A stretch of 64,000 bases of DNA from an uncultured Desulfosarcina sp. GTDB lineage: Bacteria > Desulfobacterota > Desulfobacteria > Desulfobacterales > Desulfosarcinaceae. Below the pieces are notes generated by a model. The model worked only from the letters and a program-made list of their open reading frames with translations. It was not told the DNA's origin and did not search any database. The stretch spans positions 1,856,001 to 1,920,000 of the forward strand of contig CAXXWQ010000003.1 in assembly GCA_963674945.2 (NCBI GenBank), given 5' to 3'. Shown here piece after piece: positions 11,357-21,426 of the stretch (its first letter is position 1; each line of letters begins with the position of its first letter). The translations under genes were made by a program, and so were the position numbers.

Positions 11357-11389
11357 ACCGGATGTCGAGATGATCCCTCGATATCCGGT
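11357..11389 (+). terminator. Stem-loop after lysA, possible terminator
   Basis: ACCGGATGTCGAG...CTCGATATCCGGT hairpin; U-tract weak. Confidence 0.4.
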
Positions 11390-11462
11390 CGACACTTTTA
11401 TAGCGAATCCGCCTGCATCCAGCAAATAGCAGAATGTTCAGTCGTCTATATCCGTAATTTGG

Positions 11463-11491
11463 CTAAAGTTATACCTTTGCCCGGCCGATAT
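11463..11491 (+). promoter_or_regulatory. sigma28-type promoter
   Basis: CTAAAG...GCCGATAT (TAAA-N16-GCCGATAT) upstream of the 11646 ORF. Confidence 0.68.
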
Positions 11492-11645
11492 GACAAAGGT
11501 ATGGTCGTGTCGCGGACGTGGTGACTCTCAGCCGGTTTCAGCCATGACGGTAGTGCCCTCTTCCAGGTTTTTACCCAACTTGGCAATTCATCGTTGACTA
11601 TTTTCACGGGTACTGATTAATAACGGAACTTAAAAAGGAGAACCC

Positions 11646-12233
11646 ATGGATGATTTTTTGCATAATTTGAGAAGTGGAAAGCTCAAACAAGCGGATCGAA
11701 ATCGGCGAGACTACACGGAATACAAGGGCCCACAACGTCGCGCAGGAAATGAACGACGGCGACCGGATTATTATACCAAGGTCACCAACGAGAATTTTGC
11801 GCTCGTTAGAGACAGCCTTGATGTTCTGGCAAATTGCCAAAAACGCATTGAAGACAAGTTATCCGAATTGAACGAAACCGGCCTTCGAATTGCGAATGCC
11901 TTGGAAACATTGGCAGGTTTCGGAAATAACCATTCTCATCCATCGACCATTTCACATTTACCGGAGTCAGCCGCCACGGAGCCCATAGAAAAAAACGAAA
12001 GAAATGATGTACAAGACGTCTCGCCCGAAAAGCAAAAATGGAACTTCGCAAAGGAAAAGCTAGAAGAGGCGGATAGACCCGGGTTGCTGGACATCATTTC
12101 AACGATGCGAAAAGAGGGAAAAAGCTGGGAAAAAATCGCCGGGCACATGGACGAAGTCAATATTCCCACCATATCAGGCAAGGGAAAATGGCGTGGCGCA
12201 TCCGTTAAAAAATTCTGGGATACGTATTCATAG
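11646..12233 (+). CDS. Hypothetical protein: Arg-rich N-terminus, coiled coil, C-terminal recombinase-like HTH
   Basis: AAGGAG RBS; YKGPQRR motif; EKIAGHMDEVNIPTISGKGKWRGASV. Confidence 0.75.
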   Translation: MDDFLHNLRSGKLKQADRNRRDYTEYKGPQRRAGNERRRPDYYTKVTNENFALVRDSLDVLANCQKRIEDKLSELNETGLRIANALETLAGFGNNHSHPSTISHLPESAATEPIEKNERNDVQDVSPEKQKWNFAKEKLEEADRPGLLDIISTMRKEGKSWEKIAGHMDEVNIPTISGKGKWRGASVKKFWDTYS

Positions 12234-12358
12234 GCAAACAGTATGTGAGAGCCGACCACGACCCGCCATCGTTATTTCTTACGTACATCTCATACCATCA
12301 CAAATGCTCTGTTACGATCGACCTCAATGACGTTGATGATCCGGCAGGAGTAAACACT

Positions 12359-13303
12359 TTATTTCGCATTGCGGTACCATGCGAGTGTCGTTCGTAATCC
12401 CTGCCGAAGCTCTGTTTCCGGTCGAAACCCAAGCATACGCCGTATATTGTCGATATCGGAAACAGACTCCCGAATGTCTCCCTGGCGTGCGGGGGCGAAG
12501 ACGGGATCGATCTTTACATCTGAAAGTTCGCCAATCATTGTCCACAGTTCGTCGATACGTGTGGACGCGCCGGTTCCCACATTGAAAACCTGTCCGGCCG
12601 CTGCTTTTTCGGTGGCCGCCAGCCAGTTAGCGCGGACCACATCCCCGACATAGACAAAATCACGGAATTGTCCACCGTCCCCATAAATCGTGGGAGAAAG
12701 GCCCCCGGTGGCGTTGGACATAAAGATGGATATCACTCCGGAATAGGGAGAAGATGGATCCTGGCGGGGACCGAATACGTTAAAGTATCGAAGGCACACG
12801 GTCTCCACCCCGTATAGTCCGGTAAAAACCGATGCATAAAGTTCACCGGTAAGTTTATTCACCGCATAGGGGCTCAAAGGTTTCGGTGTCATATCCTCGG
12901 TTTTGGGTAGATGGGGGTCGTCGCCATAAACCGCACTGGAACTGGCCATGACCACGCGCCGTATACCGTTTCTCCGTGCCGCATCCAATACGTGAACCGT
13001 ACCCAGATCATTCACCGCACAGGAAAAGCTGGGATCCTGAACGGAAAGCGAAACCGATACCACCGCTGCCTGGTGAAAGACGACATCACATCCCTGACTG
13101 ATCCGATTGACCAGTGGGGCATCTCGGATATCCCCTTCGACAAATTCGATTCGGTCTCCCAAATGTTTGATATTTCGACGATGTCCGGTGGAAAGGTTGT
13201 CCAGTACGATCACGCGGCACCCTTCGGCCACGAGGGCATCCACCAGATGGGATCCGATAAAGCCGGCGCCGCCGGTCACCAGTGCCTGTTCCACCTTCTC
13301 CAC
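12359..13303 (-). CDS. NAD-dependent nucleotide-sugar epimerase/dehydratase (extended SDR)
   Basis: VTGGAGFIGSH, YAVNK, LRYFNVFGPRQ; GTG start at 13303 assumed. Confidence 0.9.
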   Translation of the reverse strand: MEKVEQALVTGGAGFIGSHLVDALVAEGCRVIVLDNLSTGHRRNIKHLGDRIEFVEGDIRDAPLVNRISQGCDVVFHQAAVVSVSLSVQDPSFSCAVNDLGTVHVLDAARRNGIRRVVMASSSAVYGDDPHLPKTEDMTPKPLSPYAVNKLTGELYASVFTGLYGVETVCLRYFNVFGPRQDPSSPYSGVISIFMSNATGGLSPTIYGDGGQFRDFVYVGDVVRANWLAATEKAAAGQVFNVGTGASTRIDELWTMIGELSDVKIDPVFAPARQGDIRESVSDIDNIRRMLGFRPETELRQGLRTTLAWYRNAK

Positions 13304-13606
13304 GCTGCTACCCCTTTCATTGTGAATAACAAAAAAAAGAAACTTGATACCAGTTGCGCTATGGGCTACAAATTTCTTAGTTGCACCGAACCGAGAGCCG
13401 ATAGACAGCCGCCATGACACCCAAAAAGACCGTCGTCTGCCGAAAGTGTAAATTTTACTATATCACATGGGACACACGCCAACCCCATGGTTGCAAAGCC
13501 ATGAACTTCAAGAGCAAGCGCCCCCCCAGCCTCGTCGTCCGAGAGCAATCGGGCAAAGAGTGCCTTCGGTACACACCGAAGTAGGGGATGATATTATAAT
13601 TTTGTA

Positions 13607-13861
13607 ATGATGCCACAAGATAACATGACACCATCTGTAATTCAACTAAAGCTGTTCGCCGGGCTGACCCCTTTTTCACCGGAGAATGCCGATCGATATC
13701 CAATCGAACCGGGTACGTCGGTGAAAACGCTGTTGGCAACGCTCAATGTGCCGATTGCCAAAGCCCATCTGATTTTCATCAACGGCGTCAAAGGATCACT
13801 CGACACACCACTTTCCGGAGGGGAACGCGTCGGCATCTTTCCTCCCGTTGCCGGAGGATAA
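13607..13861 (+). CDS. MoaD/ThiS-family sulfur carrier protein
   Basis: Small ubiquitin-like size, ends FPPVAGG; exact start uncertain. Confidence 0.88.
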   Translation: MMPQDNMTPSVIQLKLFAGLTPFSPENADRYPIEPGTSVKTLLATLNVPIAKAHLIFINGVKGSLDTPLSGGERVGIFPPVAGG

Positions 13862-13863
13862 TC

Positions 13864-14733
13864 ATGGCTCGATCCTTTTCGGACCAACTGGATGCACATG
13901 CAAAAAATGCATCCCTGGCCGACGGCACCCCCTGCCGCGTCATACCGGCTACGGCGATTCGGTGCCTTAGCGAAGAGAGTGGCATGGCAGGGCGTTTGGT
14001 GGAGATTACGGCACTGAATCGAAGCATCATTCCCGAACGATATATACGAAATCGGAAAACCTTGAGTGAGAAAGATCAGCGCCGACTCCTCGAATCGGCC
14101 GTCTGCATCGTGGGATTGGGCGGACTGGGAGGAGGCGTTGCCGAAACCCTTGCCCGCATGGGGGTCGGACAACTTCATCTCGTTGACGGGGACACCTTTG
14201 AGGCCCACAATCTGAACCGTCAGATTTTCAGCACCGAAGACGGTATCGGCACGTATAAGGTGGACGCCGCCGCCTTTCGATTGAAGCAGACCAATCCGAG
14301 CGTTGAAGTTTTCACCCACCGCCTCCATCTGACGGCCGATAATGCCGATTCGTTGATCGACCAATGCCACCTGGTAGTGGACTGCCTGGATAACCTTCCT
14401 TCTCGGTTCATCGTCCAGGCGGCTGCAAGACGCATTGGCATTCCCATGGTTTCTGCGGCCGTCGCCGGTATCTGCGGTCATGTAACAACGATTTTCCCCG
14501 AAGATCAGGGACTGGAATCCTTCTATGGTCCCGAATCGCAGTTGTCGGGGGACAAGGGCGTCGAAACCGAACTTGGATGCCTTGCACCGGGTGTCAATCT
14601 TATCGCGTCTCTGGAGTGCTCGGAGGTGTGCAAGGTGCTTTTGGGAAAGGCAGAGCCATTACGCAGACGGTTGCTGCTAGTGGACCTGACCGATTATACC
14701 TTCGAGACGCTTTCGCTTACCCCGATGGGATGA
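13864..14733 (+). CDS. ThiF/MoeB/HesA-family adenylyltransferase
   Basis: GLGGLGG, DGDTFEAHNLNRQ, DCLDN; adjacent to the GG-ending carrier. Confidence 0.9.
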   Translation: MARSFSDQLDAHAKNASLADGTPCRVIPATAIRCLSEESGMAGRLVEITALNRSIIPERYIRNRKTLSEKDQRRLLESAVCIVGLGGLGGGVAETLARMGVGQLHLVDGDTFEAHNLNRQIFSTEDGIGTYKVDAAAFRLKQTNPSVEVFTHRLHLTADNADSLIDQCHLVVDCLDNLPSRFIVQAAARRIGIPMVSAAVAGICGHVTTIFPEDQGLESFYGPESQLSGDKGVETELGCLAPGVNLIASLECSEVCKVLLGKAEPLRRRLLLVDLTDYTFETLSLTPMG

Positions 14734-14769
14734 AAAACACATGGATTGGATGCATAGCAAGAAAGGGGC

Positions 14770-15462
14770 CTAATCGTCCATGTTACTTTCGGCGAGAGCC
14801 CGTGCAAAGATCAAATCATCGGGTGTGGTAATCTTGATGTTTATCTTATCTCCGATAACGGTGGCCACTCGTCCACCGGCAAATTCGACCATGGAGGCAT
14901 CATCGGTGGCAAAAAATCCTTTTTCTATAGCCAACCGATGGGCTTTACGAATCAGGGGGATGGAGAAAGTCTGCGGCGTCTGGGCCGTGTAAATCCTTCG
15001 GCGATCCAATGTCTCCACCACCATTCCTTGTCGATCCACCCGCTTGAGAGTATCCGTTGCCGGCAGTACAGGAATGCATGCGCCGGTTGTTTTTACACCG
15101 GCAATACAGGCGTCCATGAGAGAAGTTGATATGAAAGGCCTCACCCCGTCGTGGATCATCACAATTCCATCCGACGCGCCCAACACTTGCAAACCGTTTG
15201 CAACCGATTCCTGGCGCCTTTTTCCACCCGCCACGACTTGAATGTGATGACGCCAGGAAAACGGCCCCAGAACATTTTCCGTAACATCATTTTTGTCTTC
15301 TTCGGGTATCACCACGATAATTTTTTCCATTTTGGGGTATGCATCGAAAGCCATCAAGGTACGGGCCAAAACGGGTACGCCGGCTAAAGCCAAATACTGC
15401 TTCTTACCAGACATCTGCATGCGGGAACCGCTTCCGCCCGCGGCGATGATCGCACAAATCAT
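14770..15462 (-). CDS. ispD: 2-C-methyl-D-erythritol 4-phosphate cytidylyltransferase
   Basis: AAGGSGSRM, IHDGVRP, QTPQ, NIKITTPDD. Confidence 0.95.
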   Translation of the reverse strand: MICAIIAAGGSGSRMQMSGKKQYLALAGVPVLARTLMAFDAYPKMEKIIVVIPEEDKNDVTENVLGPFSWRHHIQVVAGGKRRQESVANGLQVLGASDGIVMIHDGVRPFISTSLMDACIAGVKTTGACIPVLPATDTLKRVDRQGMVVETLDRRRIYTAQTPQTFSIPLIRKAHRLAIEKGFFATDDASMVEFAGGRVATVIGDKINIKITTPDDLIFARALAESNMDD

Positions 15463-16763
15463 CTCAGATAGCTCAGCTCTGGGGGTAGGGGAACGCCCTT
15501 TCCCATCGTATCTTCGCCATAATTGACACTGGCAAGAACTTCTATGTCGGAAAGCGCGCGAACGTCTCCTTCAAAGTCCACCTCGGTGATTTGTTCTTTC
15601 TGGATTTTTCCACCGGCCCACTGGATATCCAAAACACTGCTGGCATCGAAACGGTCATTTCCTACGACGAGTTCGACCTGGCCACCAAAATGCTGAACGA
15701 TCTTGGCAACCAGAAGACTGGGACGGCTGTGAAATCCCAATTTCACCGGAATCCCAACCGTTATTCTGGAACGTTCGATATTCTCGTTGAGAATTTCCCG
15801 TGCCAGCTTCTTTCCGGAATTGAGGTAATGGCAGGCGTAATAAAGGCCGAAGTTAATGGTTCGGTCCAGAAGCTTCACCGGATCCACCAAAGACGCTAAT
15901 TTCTCCTGAACCCGTTTATAGGTATTCTTGTAGCCCGCTTCATAGAGATGACGCTCGTAAAAATGGAGAAGACGTCCCATCATCTGGAGAAGGTGAAAGA
16001 CGATGGAAAAGAAGCTTCTGAGAGATTTCAACTTCCGGTCACCAAATCGGTACCCGCCATGAATCACATAAGTATCAAAGGAAGATTGCAGATTGTGCAC
16101 GAGCATTTCGAAGCGACGGATCTCAACCTCGTTGACTTTTTCAGGGACCAGCGCAAACATCTCCTCTTCTTTATATGGCTCATAAAACCCCATTGGATCA
16201 AAGCTGTTGGCGATAAAGAGAAATTCGTTAGCGATCTTGACGATATTCCGTTTCTGGACATCCTTGGCATCGTCGTCGATATCGTATTTGAGCATTTCAC
16301 CAGTTGTGATTCCGGGAAAGTCCTCCGGTCCGAAGCGTTCTTCGGGAATGGCAATATTAAGACGCTTGGCCTCATCGATAATGACGGGTGCCAGTTTCCG
16401 AAGTGCGTCATTCAAGAAATTGAGTGTGTGCTCCCCCTGTTCACGAAACACTTCGGTATCGGGAATATCATAGAAGATCAAACGGTTTAAGATGTGTTTC
16501 TGGCAGTACGTGCCGAGGCTCAGGTGCCGGATCGTGGCGCATAATTCCCTGTACAGGTACCAGTCTTCACTGTTCTTTGCGCCGTGAAAGTCCAGAAAAT
16601 CTTCCAGTACTTGGGAGGTACCAATCAATTTGGAATAGAGCTTTTTGGTAAACACATAGCTTGGCGTTTGTGGATCCGAAATATAGGTGCAACATTTTAG
16701 ATAATCCGAGGAGAAAATTCTTACCTTTTCGGAATAGGAAATTTCACAGTACGGATCTTTCAC
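15459..16763 (-). CDS. Large protein with C-terminal HPr phosphocarrier domain
   Basis: GFHSRPS (His15 equivalent) and DASSVL (Ser46 equivalent) in the last ~105 aa; ATGA overlap with ispD. Confidence 0.8.
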   Translation of the reverse strand: MKDPYCEISYSEKVRIFSSDYLKCCTYISDPQTPSYVFTKKLYSKLIGTSQVLEDFLDFHGAKNSEDWYLYRELCATIRHLSLGTYCQKHILNRLIFYDIPDTEVFREQGEHTLNFLNDALRKLAPVIIDEAKRLNIAIPEERFGPEDFPGITTGEMLKYDIDDDAKDVQKRNIVKIANEFLFIANSFDPMGFYEPYKEEEMFALVPEKVNEVEIRRFEMLVHNLQSSFDTYVIHGGYRFGDRKLKSLRSFFSIVFHLLQMMGRLLHFYERHLYEAGYKNTYKRVQEKLASLVDPVKLLDRTINFGLYYACHYLNSGKKLAREILNENIERSRITVGIPVKLGFHSRPSLLVAKIVQHFGGQVELVVGNDRFDASSVLDIQWAGGKIQKEQITEVDFEGDVRALSDIEVLASVNYGEDTMGKGVPLPPELSYLR

Positions 16764-16839
16764 GGCAAGTTCCTTTGCATCACACGATATCAGCGGATTC
16801 GATATGTGGTACTCTCAAAACAGCGCCTATCCAGAAATA

Positions 16840-17225
<386 letters not shown>

Positions 17226-17226
<1 letters not shown>

Positions 17227-17951
17227 TATTTTGGATCACTCCCTTTCCAATACACGATTCGATGACAATGGGGGCAAAACCGAAGTTCGTCGAAACGCTG
17301 GAGTTCATTGTACAGCTGTGCCGGAATGTTCATGTTGCATCCCGAACAGACGGCACCGCTGACGGCCACCACCGCTTGCCCCCGTGTCTTTTTCTTTACC
17401 TCTTCCAGGGTGGCCAGCACCTTCGGATCGGCAGTTGCGCCGATCTTTTGTCTTTTTTCACACAATCGATCGACCACCTCTTGATCCGAAGCTGCCTTTT
17501 CGGCAAGTTCGACCTTCTTTTCCTCGCAGGATTTTACAAAAGTGGCCAAATGAGCTTCGATTTCGGCAAGTTCTTTTTCTGCCAACTCGATCCGATCCAG
17601 CTCTTCGATCATTCGATCCTCCAACGCAGAATTTCTTTTCTGCATCTCCTCGATCTCCTTGAGCATGGACTGATATTCCTTATTTGTTTTGACAGATCGA
17701 AGCTTTTCATTGCTTTTTTCGATCAATTGGCTGTTGTCCCTGGACTCGGATTCGAGAACACGATACGCTTTTTTACTCTCGTCCAAGGCCTGTCGTGCAT
17801 TGTTGACATTGTCCTTACGTTCGGCTAACTGCCGGTCCAAAGCAGTCGCTTCGTCATGGTGCACCCTTACTTGACGGTTGGCTGTGAGAATGCTCATCTC
17901 GACTTCTTGCACTTCGATGAGGATTTTGATCTGCTCGGCAATATTACTCAT
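17226..17951 (-). CDS. Coiled-coil protein with C4-type zinc ribbon (DUF164/CT398-like)
   Basis: Long coiled coil, then CSGC...CPHCHRI; usual position between nif3 and rnpB. Confidence 0.88.
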
Positions 17952-17983
17952 TACACCCCTTCTCTCCTCCGGTCCTCCTTCGA

Positions 17984-19102
17984 TCAGATATATCGAAACG
18001 GATCCGTTTCCAAGTCGATGGCTGTAACAGCGGCTGTCAAAGCCGACGATTCCATTGCATCTTTTAGTTTTTTTGCCAAGACGCCTGCAATCAGATGCTC
18101 CGACGCAAAATGGCCGATGTCAACGAGCCCGATACCTTCCTGCTGTGCATCCCTGGCGGTGTGATATCCCAAATCCCCGGTAACGTAAACCTGCGCTCCT
18201 GAGGAGACGGCTGCCGTCATGAGACTGGATCCGCTTCCTGAACAGACCGCCACCGTCTCCACGACCATGTTGGGGTTTCCCACCATCTTCACCCTTTTCA
18301 GATCGAATTCAGATTTGATCTGCTTTGCAAAAGCGACAAGGGATAAGGGGCTTTTCAGCTTCCCTATGCGCCCCAGTCCCGTTCGTGGATCGCTGGCGAT
18401 AACAGGATAAACGTCATAGGCCATCGTTTCGTAAGGATGCGCCGTTTTTAACGATTCAATTACCGGCCCCAACCGATCCTTGGGAACGATGGTTTCGAGC
18501 CGACTCTCTTGTACCTCGTTGCGCAACCCCTTCTCCCCCAAGGCCGGATTGGCCTTTTCCTCCGGCAAGAACGTTCCGATCCCTTCAGCCCGAAAGGTAC
18601 AGCACCGGTAGTTACCGATCCGCCCAACATCCAGGGCGTTTACCGTGGAAAGCATCGATGCGACATGATCCGACGGAACAAAAACGACCAGCTTGCAAAG
18701 ATTGGCATCCGAACCATTGCCCAGCACGCGAAGGTCTTCGATTCCAATTCGATGGGCCAGTGCATCGTTCACCCCGCCCATCACCTTGTCAAGGTTGGTA
18801 TGTGCGCAAAAGATGGCCAACCGACGTGTCAAGGCCAACGCGATGATTCTTCCCAGGGGGGATTCGCCGTCGACGTTCCGGATAGGTGCAAAAAAGAGCG
18901 GATGGTGTGTCACCAATAGATCTGCACCGTGATCACAGGCCCATGTGACCACCTCGAGGCTTGGATCCAGGGCCGTGCAGACCTTTTTTACCGTCCAGGA
19001 GGGGCTCCCAATTTGAAGACCGACGTTATCCCAGGACTCCGCGAGCCGTACAGGCGCCAATTGTTCCAGTATACGAATGTATTGTTCAACACGTCCTGTC
19101 AT
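17984..19102 (-). CDS. Nif3-like dinuclear metal centre protein with PII-like insertion (YqfO type)
   Basis: WDNVGL, THHPLFF, HTNLD, HPYE, GHFASE. Confidence 0.92.
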   Translation of the reverse strand: MTGRVEQYIRILEQLAPVRLAESWDNVGLQIGSPSWTVKKVCTALDPSLEVVTWACDHGADLLVTHHPLFFAPIRNVDGESPLGRIIALALTRRLAIFCAHTNLDKVMGGVNDALAHRIGIEDLRVLGNGSDANLCKLVVFVPSDHVASMLSTVNALDVGRIGNYRCCTFRAEGIGTFLPEEKANPALGEKGLRNEVQESRLETIVPKDRLGPVIESLKTAHPYETMAYDVYPVIASDPRTGLGRIGKLKSPLSLVAFAKQIKSEFDLKRVKMVGNPNMVVETVAVCSGSGSSLMTAAVSSGAQVYVTGDLGYHTARDAQQEGIGLVDIGHFASEHLIAGVLAKKLKDAMESSALTAAVTAIDLETDPFRYI

Positions 19103-19140
19103 ATTCCATCACCAGATGACGCGTTTTGATACCATCAGAT

Positions 19141-19174
19141 AAAAAAAGGCGTGGTCACTGCATCACACCACGCC
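19141..19174 (-). terminator. Intrinsic terminator downstream of rpoD-tRNA
   Basis: Minus strand GGCGTGGT-loop-ACCACGCC followed by T7. Confidence 0.65.
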
Positions 19175-19252
19175 AAATCGCATTGTTTTTTTCACCCAGT
19201 CCCGAAACTCCAGGCGTCTTGCAGTGACGGATGGCACTGGAATGAAAGTAAG

Positions 19253-19325
19253 TGGGCCCACCTGGGATCGAACCAGGGACCGACCGGTTATGAGCCGGTG
19301 GCTCTGCCAGCTGAGCTATGGGCCC
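19253..19325 (-). tRNA. ileX: tRNA-Ile2 (CAU anticodon, lysidine type); CCA not encoded
   Basis: GGGCCCATAGCTCAG...CCGGCTCATAACCGG...GGTTCGATCCC...TGGGCCCA cloverleaf; lies directly after rpoD like E. coli ileX; lacks initiator features. Confidence 0.88.
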
Positions 19326-19453
19326 ATATCAGGGCGACAGCGAACGCTGTTCTACAGCCCGTACCAACTTCTTGTCAAGTAAATCCAACCTTTATTTTAA
19401 TGCCCCCCGACTTTCCGATGTCCAAAGGGTCGCCGATTCTCTTTGTAACCCCA

Positions 19454-21328
19454 TCAATTGTCGATGAAACTCTTGAGTTTTCGACTTCGGGTCGGATGGC
19501 GCAGTTTCCTGAGCGCTTTTGCCTCGATCTGCCGAATCCGCTCACGGGTGACGGTGAAATCCTGCCCGACTTCTTCCAAGGTATGGTCCGCCTTTTCGCC
19601 AATGCCGAAGCGCATTCGGAGCACTTTCTCTTCCCGTGGGGTCAAGGTGGCCAGCACTTTACGGGTTTGCTCGGCCAAATTCATGCTGACGGCCGCTTCG
19701 GATGGCAGCATGAATTTCTTATCTTCGATAAAATCCCCCAGATGGCTATCCTCCTCTTCACCGATGGGAGTCTCCAAAGATATGGGTTCACGGGCAATTT
19801 TCAACACCTTTCGAACCTTGTCGATGGGAATCTCCATCTTCTCCGCGATCTCTTCCGGTCGGGGTTCCCGCCCGAACTCTTGGACCAGGTATCGGGAAGT
19901 TCGGATCAGTTTGTTAATGGTTTCGATCATATGAACCGGGATTCGAATCGTCCTCGCCTGGTCGGCGATAGCCCGGGTAATGGCCTGCCGGATCCACCAA
20001 GTTGCGTAGGTGCTGAATTTATATCCGCGGCGGTATTCAAACTTATCCACCGCCTTCATCAGCCCGATATTGCCCTCTTGGATGAGATCCAGGAATTGCA
20101 GACCGCGGTTGGTATACTTTTTTGCGATACTGACGACCAATCGCAAGTTGGCACGGATCAACTCACTCTTGGCATATTTTGCCCGCAAACGCCCTTCGTC
20201 CACACTGGCCATGACCCGCTTGAGGTTCCTGTTGTTGGCCTTAAAGTCGTTCTCCTTTTCGGCCAAAAGGGTTTGTACCGATTGCAGATGGTCGTAAATT
20301 CGCCCCAACTGGACTTCGTCCAGCGTGGTCTTATCACTGGCCCAGGATATGAAACCCGCTTTGCTTTCCTGATTTTCCCGAAACTCTCGAATTGTCACCC
20401 CAAGGGATTCGGCCGTGAAAGACACCAGCTTGTTCTGTGTGTCAAACCATTCAATGAGTCGACGAATGTGCTCCTCGATCCGGTCAATGACGCCGCCTTC
20501 CAATCGCCAGCTTTTGAGCAGATCGAAAATCTTGTTATTCCGACGCATAATGCAACGTCGAATCCGGCGGGCTTCATCGGGCTCCAATTGTTCGGTAAAG
20601 AGGCGCTTGCGATATTCGCGATTCTCGTCATTTACCTTGCGAATAGCGGAAATGGTATCGAGAAAATTGTCGATCTGAACCTTTTCATCCACATAGGCGT
20701 CCCCTTCGTCCACGTCCCGCAGAACATGTTTGGGGCGAAGGGCGCCCTTTTCGATCAGGTCGCCGAACTCGAGAATATATTTCACTCCCAGGGAGGTCTC
20801 CAAGAGCGCCTTGAGGACATTTTGCTCTCCTTCTTCGATTTTTTTGGCAATCTCCACCTCCCCTTCACGGCTTAAGAGGGTGACCATTCCCATTTCTCGA
20901 AGATACATTTTGACCGGATCGGTGACGGAACCTATATCGGCAACCGTTACCGCCTTGTTATGATCCTCTTTTTTTCCACTGGAATTCTCCTTGCCCGAAG
21001 GACCGTTATCCTTTTCGATGATCTCGATATCCATATCATCAAACATCATCAATGTATCGTCGATCATCTCCGAAGACATCATTTCATTGGGAAGTGCCTC
21101 GTTGATCTCTTCGTAGGTGAGTGACCCCTTGGCCTTTCCCTTTCTTATCAGTGCCTTAAGTGCAGTCTGATCGCTTTTCTTGATTGTCATTTTCCCGTTT
21201 TCCGGTGTGGTTGCATCTGATGAGTTACCGGCAGATTTTTTGCCGACTGCTTCGGCTTTCTTCGCGGCAGACATCCCCTTTGCTTTTGTTGTCGCCCCGT
21301 TGCGCTTCTTTTCATTTTTTTTGGTCAT
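19454..21328 (-). CDS. rpoD: RNA polymerase primary sigma factor sigma70
   Basis: [53 protein letters not shown] before ATG 21328. Confidence 0.97.
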   Translation of the reverse strand: MTKKNEKKRNGATTKAKGMSAAKKAEAVGKKSAGNSSDATTPENGKMTIKKSDQTALKALIRKGKAKGSLTYEEINEALPNEMMSSEMIDDTLMMFDDMDIEIIEKDNGPSGKENSSGKKEDHNKAVTVADIGSVTDPVKMYLREMGMVTLLSREGEVEIAKKIEEGEQNVLKALLETSLGVKYILEFGDLIEKGALRPKHVLRDVDEGDAYVDEKVQIDNFLDTISAIRKVNDENREYRKRLFTEQLEPDEARRIRRCIMRRNNKIFDLLKSWRLEGGVIDRIEEHIRRLIEWFDTQNKLVSFTAESLGVTIREFRENQESKAGFISWASDKTTLDEVQLGRIYDHLQSVQTLLAEKENDFKANNRNLKRVMASVDEGRLRAKYAKSELIRANLRLVVSIAKKYTNRGLQFLDLIQEGNIGLMKAVDKFEYRRGYKFSTYATWWIRQAITRAIADQARTIRIPVHMIETINKLIRTSRYLVQEFGREPRPEEIAEKMEIPIDKVRKVLKIAREPISLETPIGEEEDSHLGDFIEDKKFMLPSEAAVSMNLAEQTRKVLATLTPREEKVLRMRFGIGEKADHTLEEVGQDFTVTRERIRQIEAKALRKLRHPTRSRKLKSFIDN

Positions 21329-21426
21329 GCCTTTTGCCTCCTGGAACCAAACAGGATTGTCGTTGCAACCTATCGGTAGTTCGATCTTGTATGTACCCAT
21401 TTCGTTTATGCGCCGGTCACTGCAGG

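Noticed and set aside
11500..11640. c-di-GMP riboswitch in the leader of the 11646 gene
   Set aside because: The GEMM landmarks (GGCAAAC, GNRA loop, GCAAAGC) are absent.
19253..19325. Calling the CAU tRNA a Met or fMet tRNA
   Set aside because: Paired G1-C72, no GGG/CCC anticodon stem, and the post-rpoD position fit Ile2 better.
19151..20875. 574-aa plus-strand ORF
   Set aside because: Antisense shadow of rpoD and the tRNA; no recognisable motifs.
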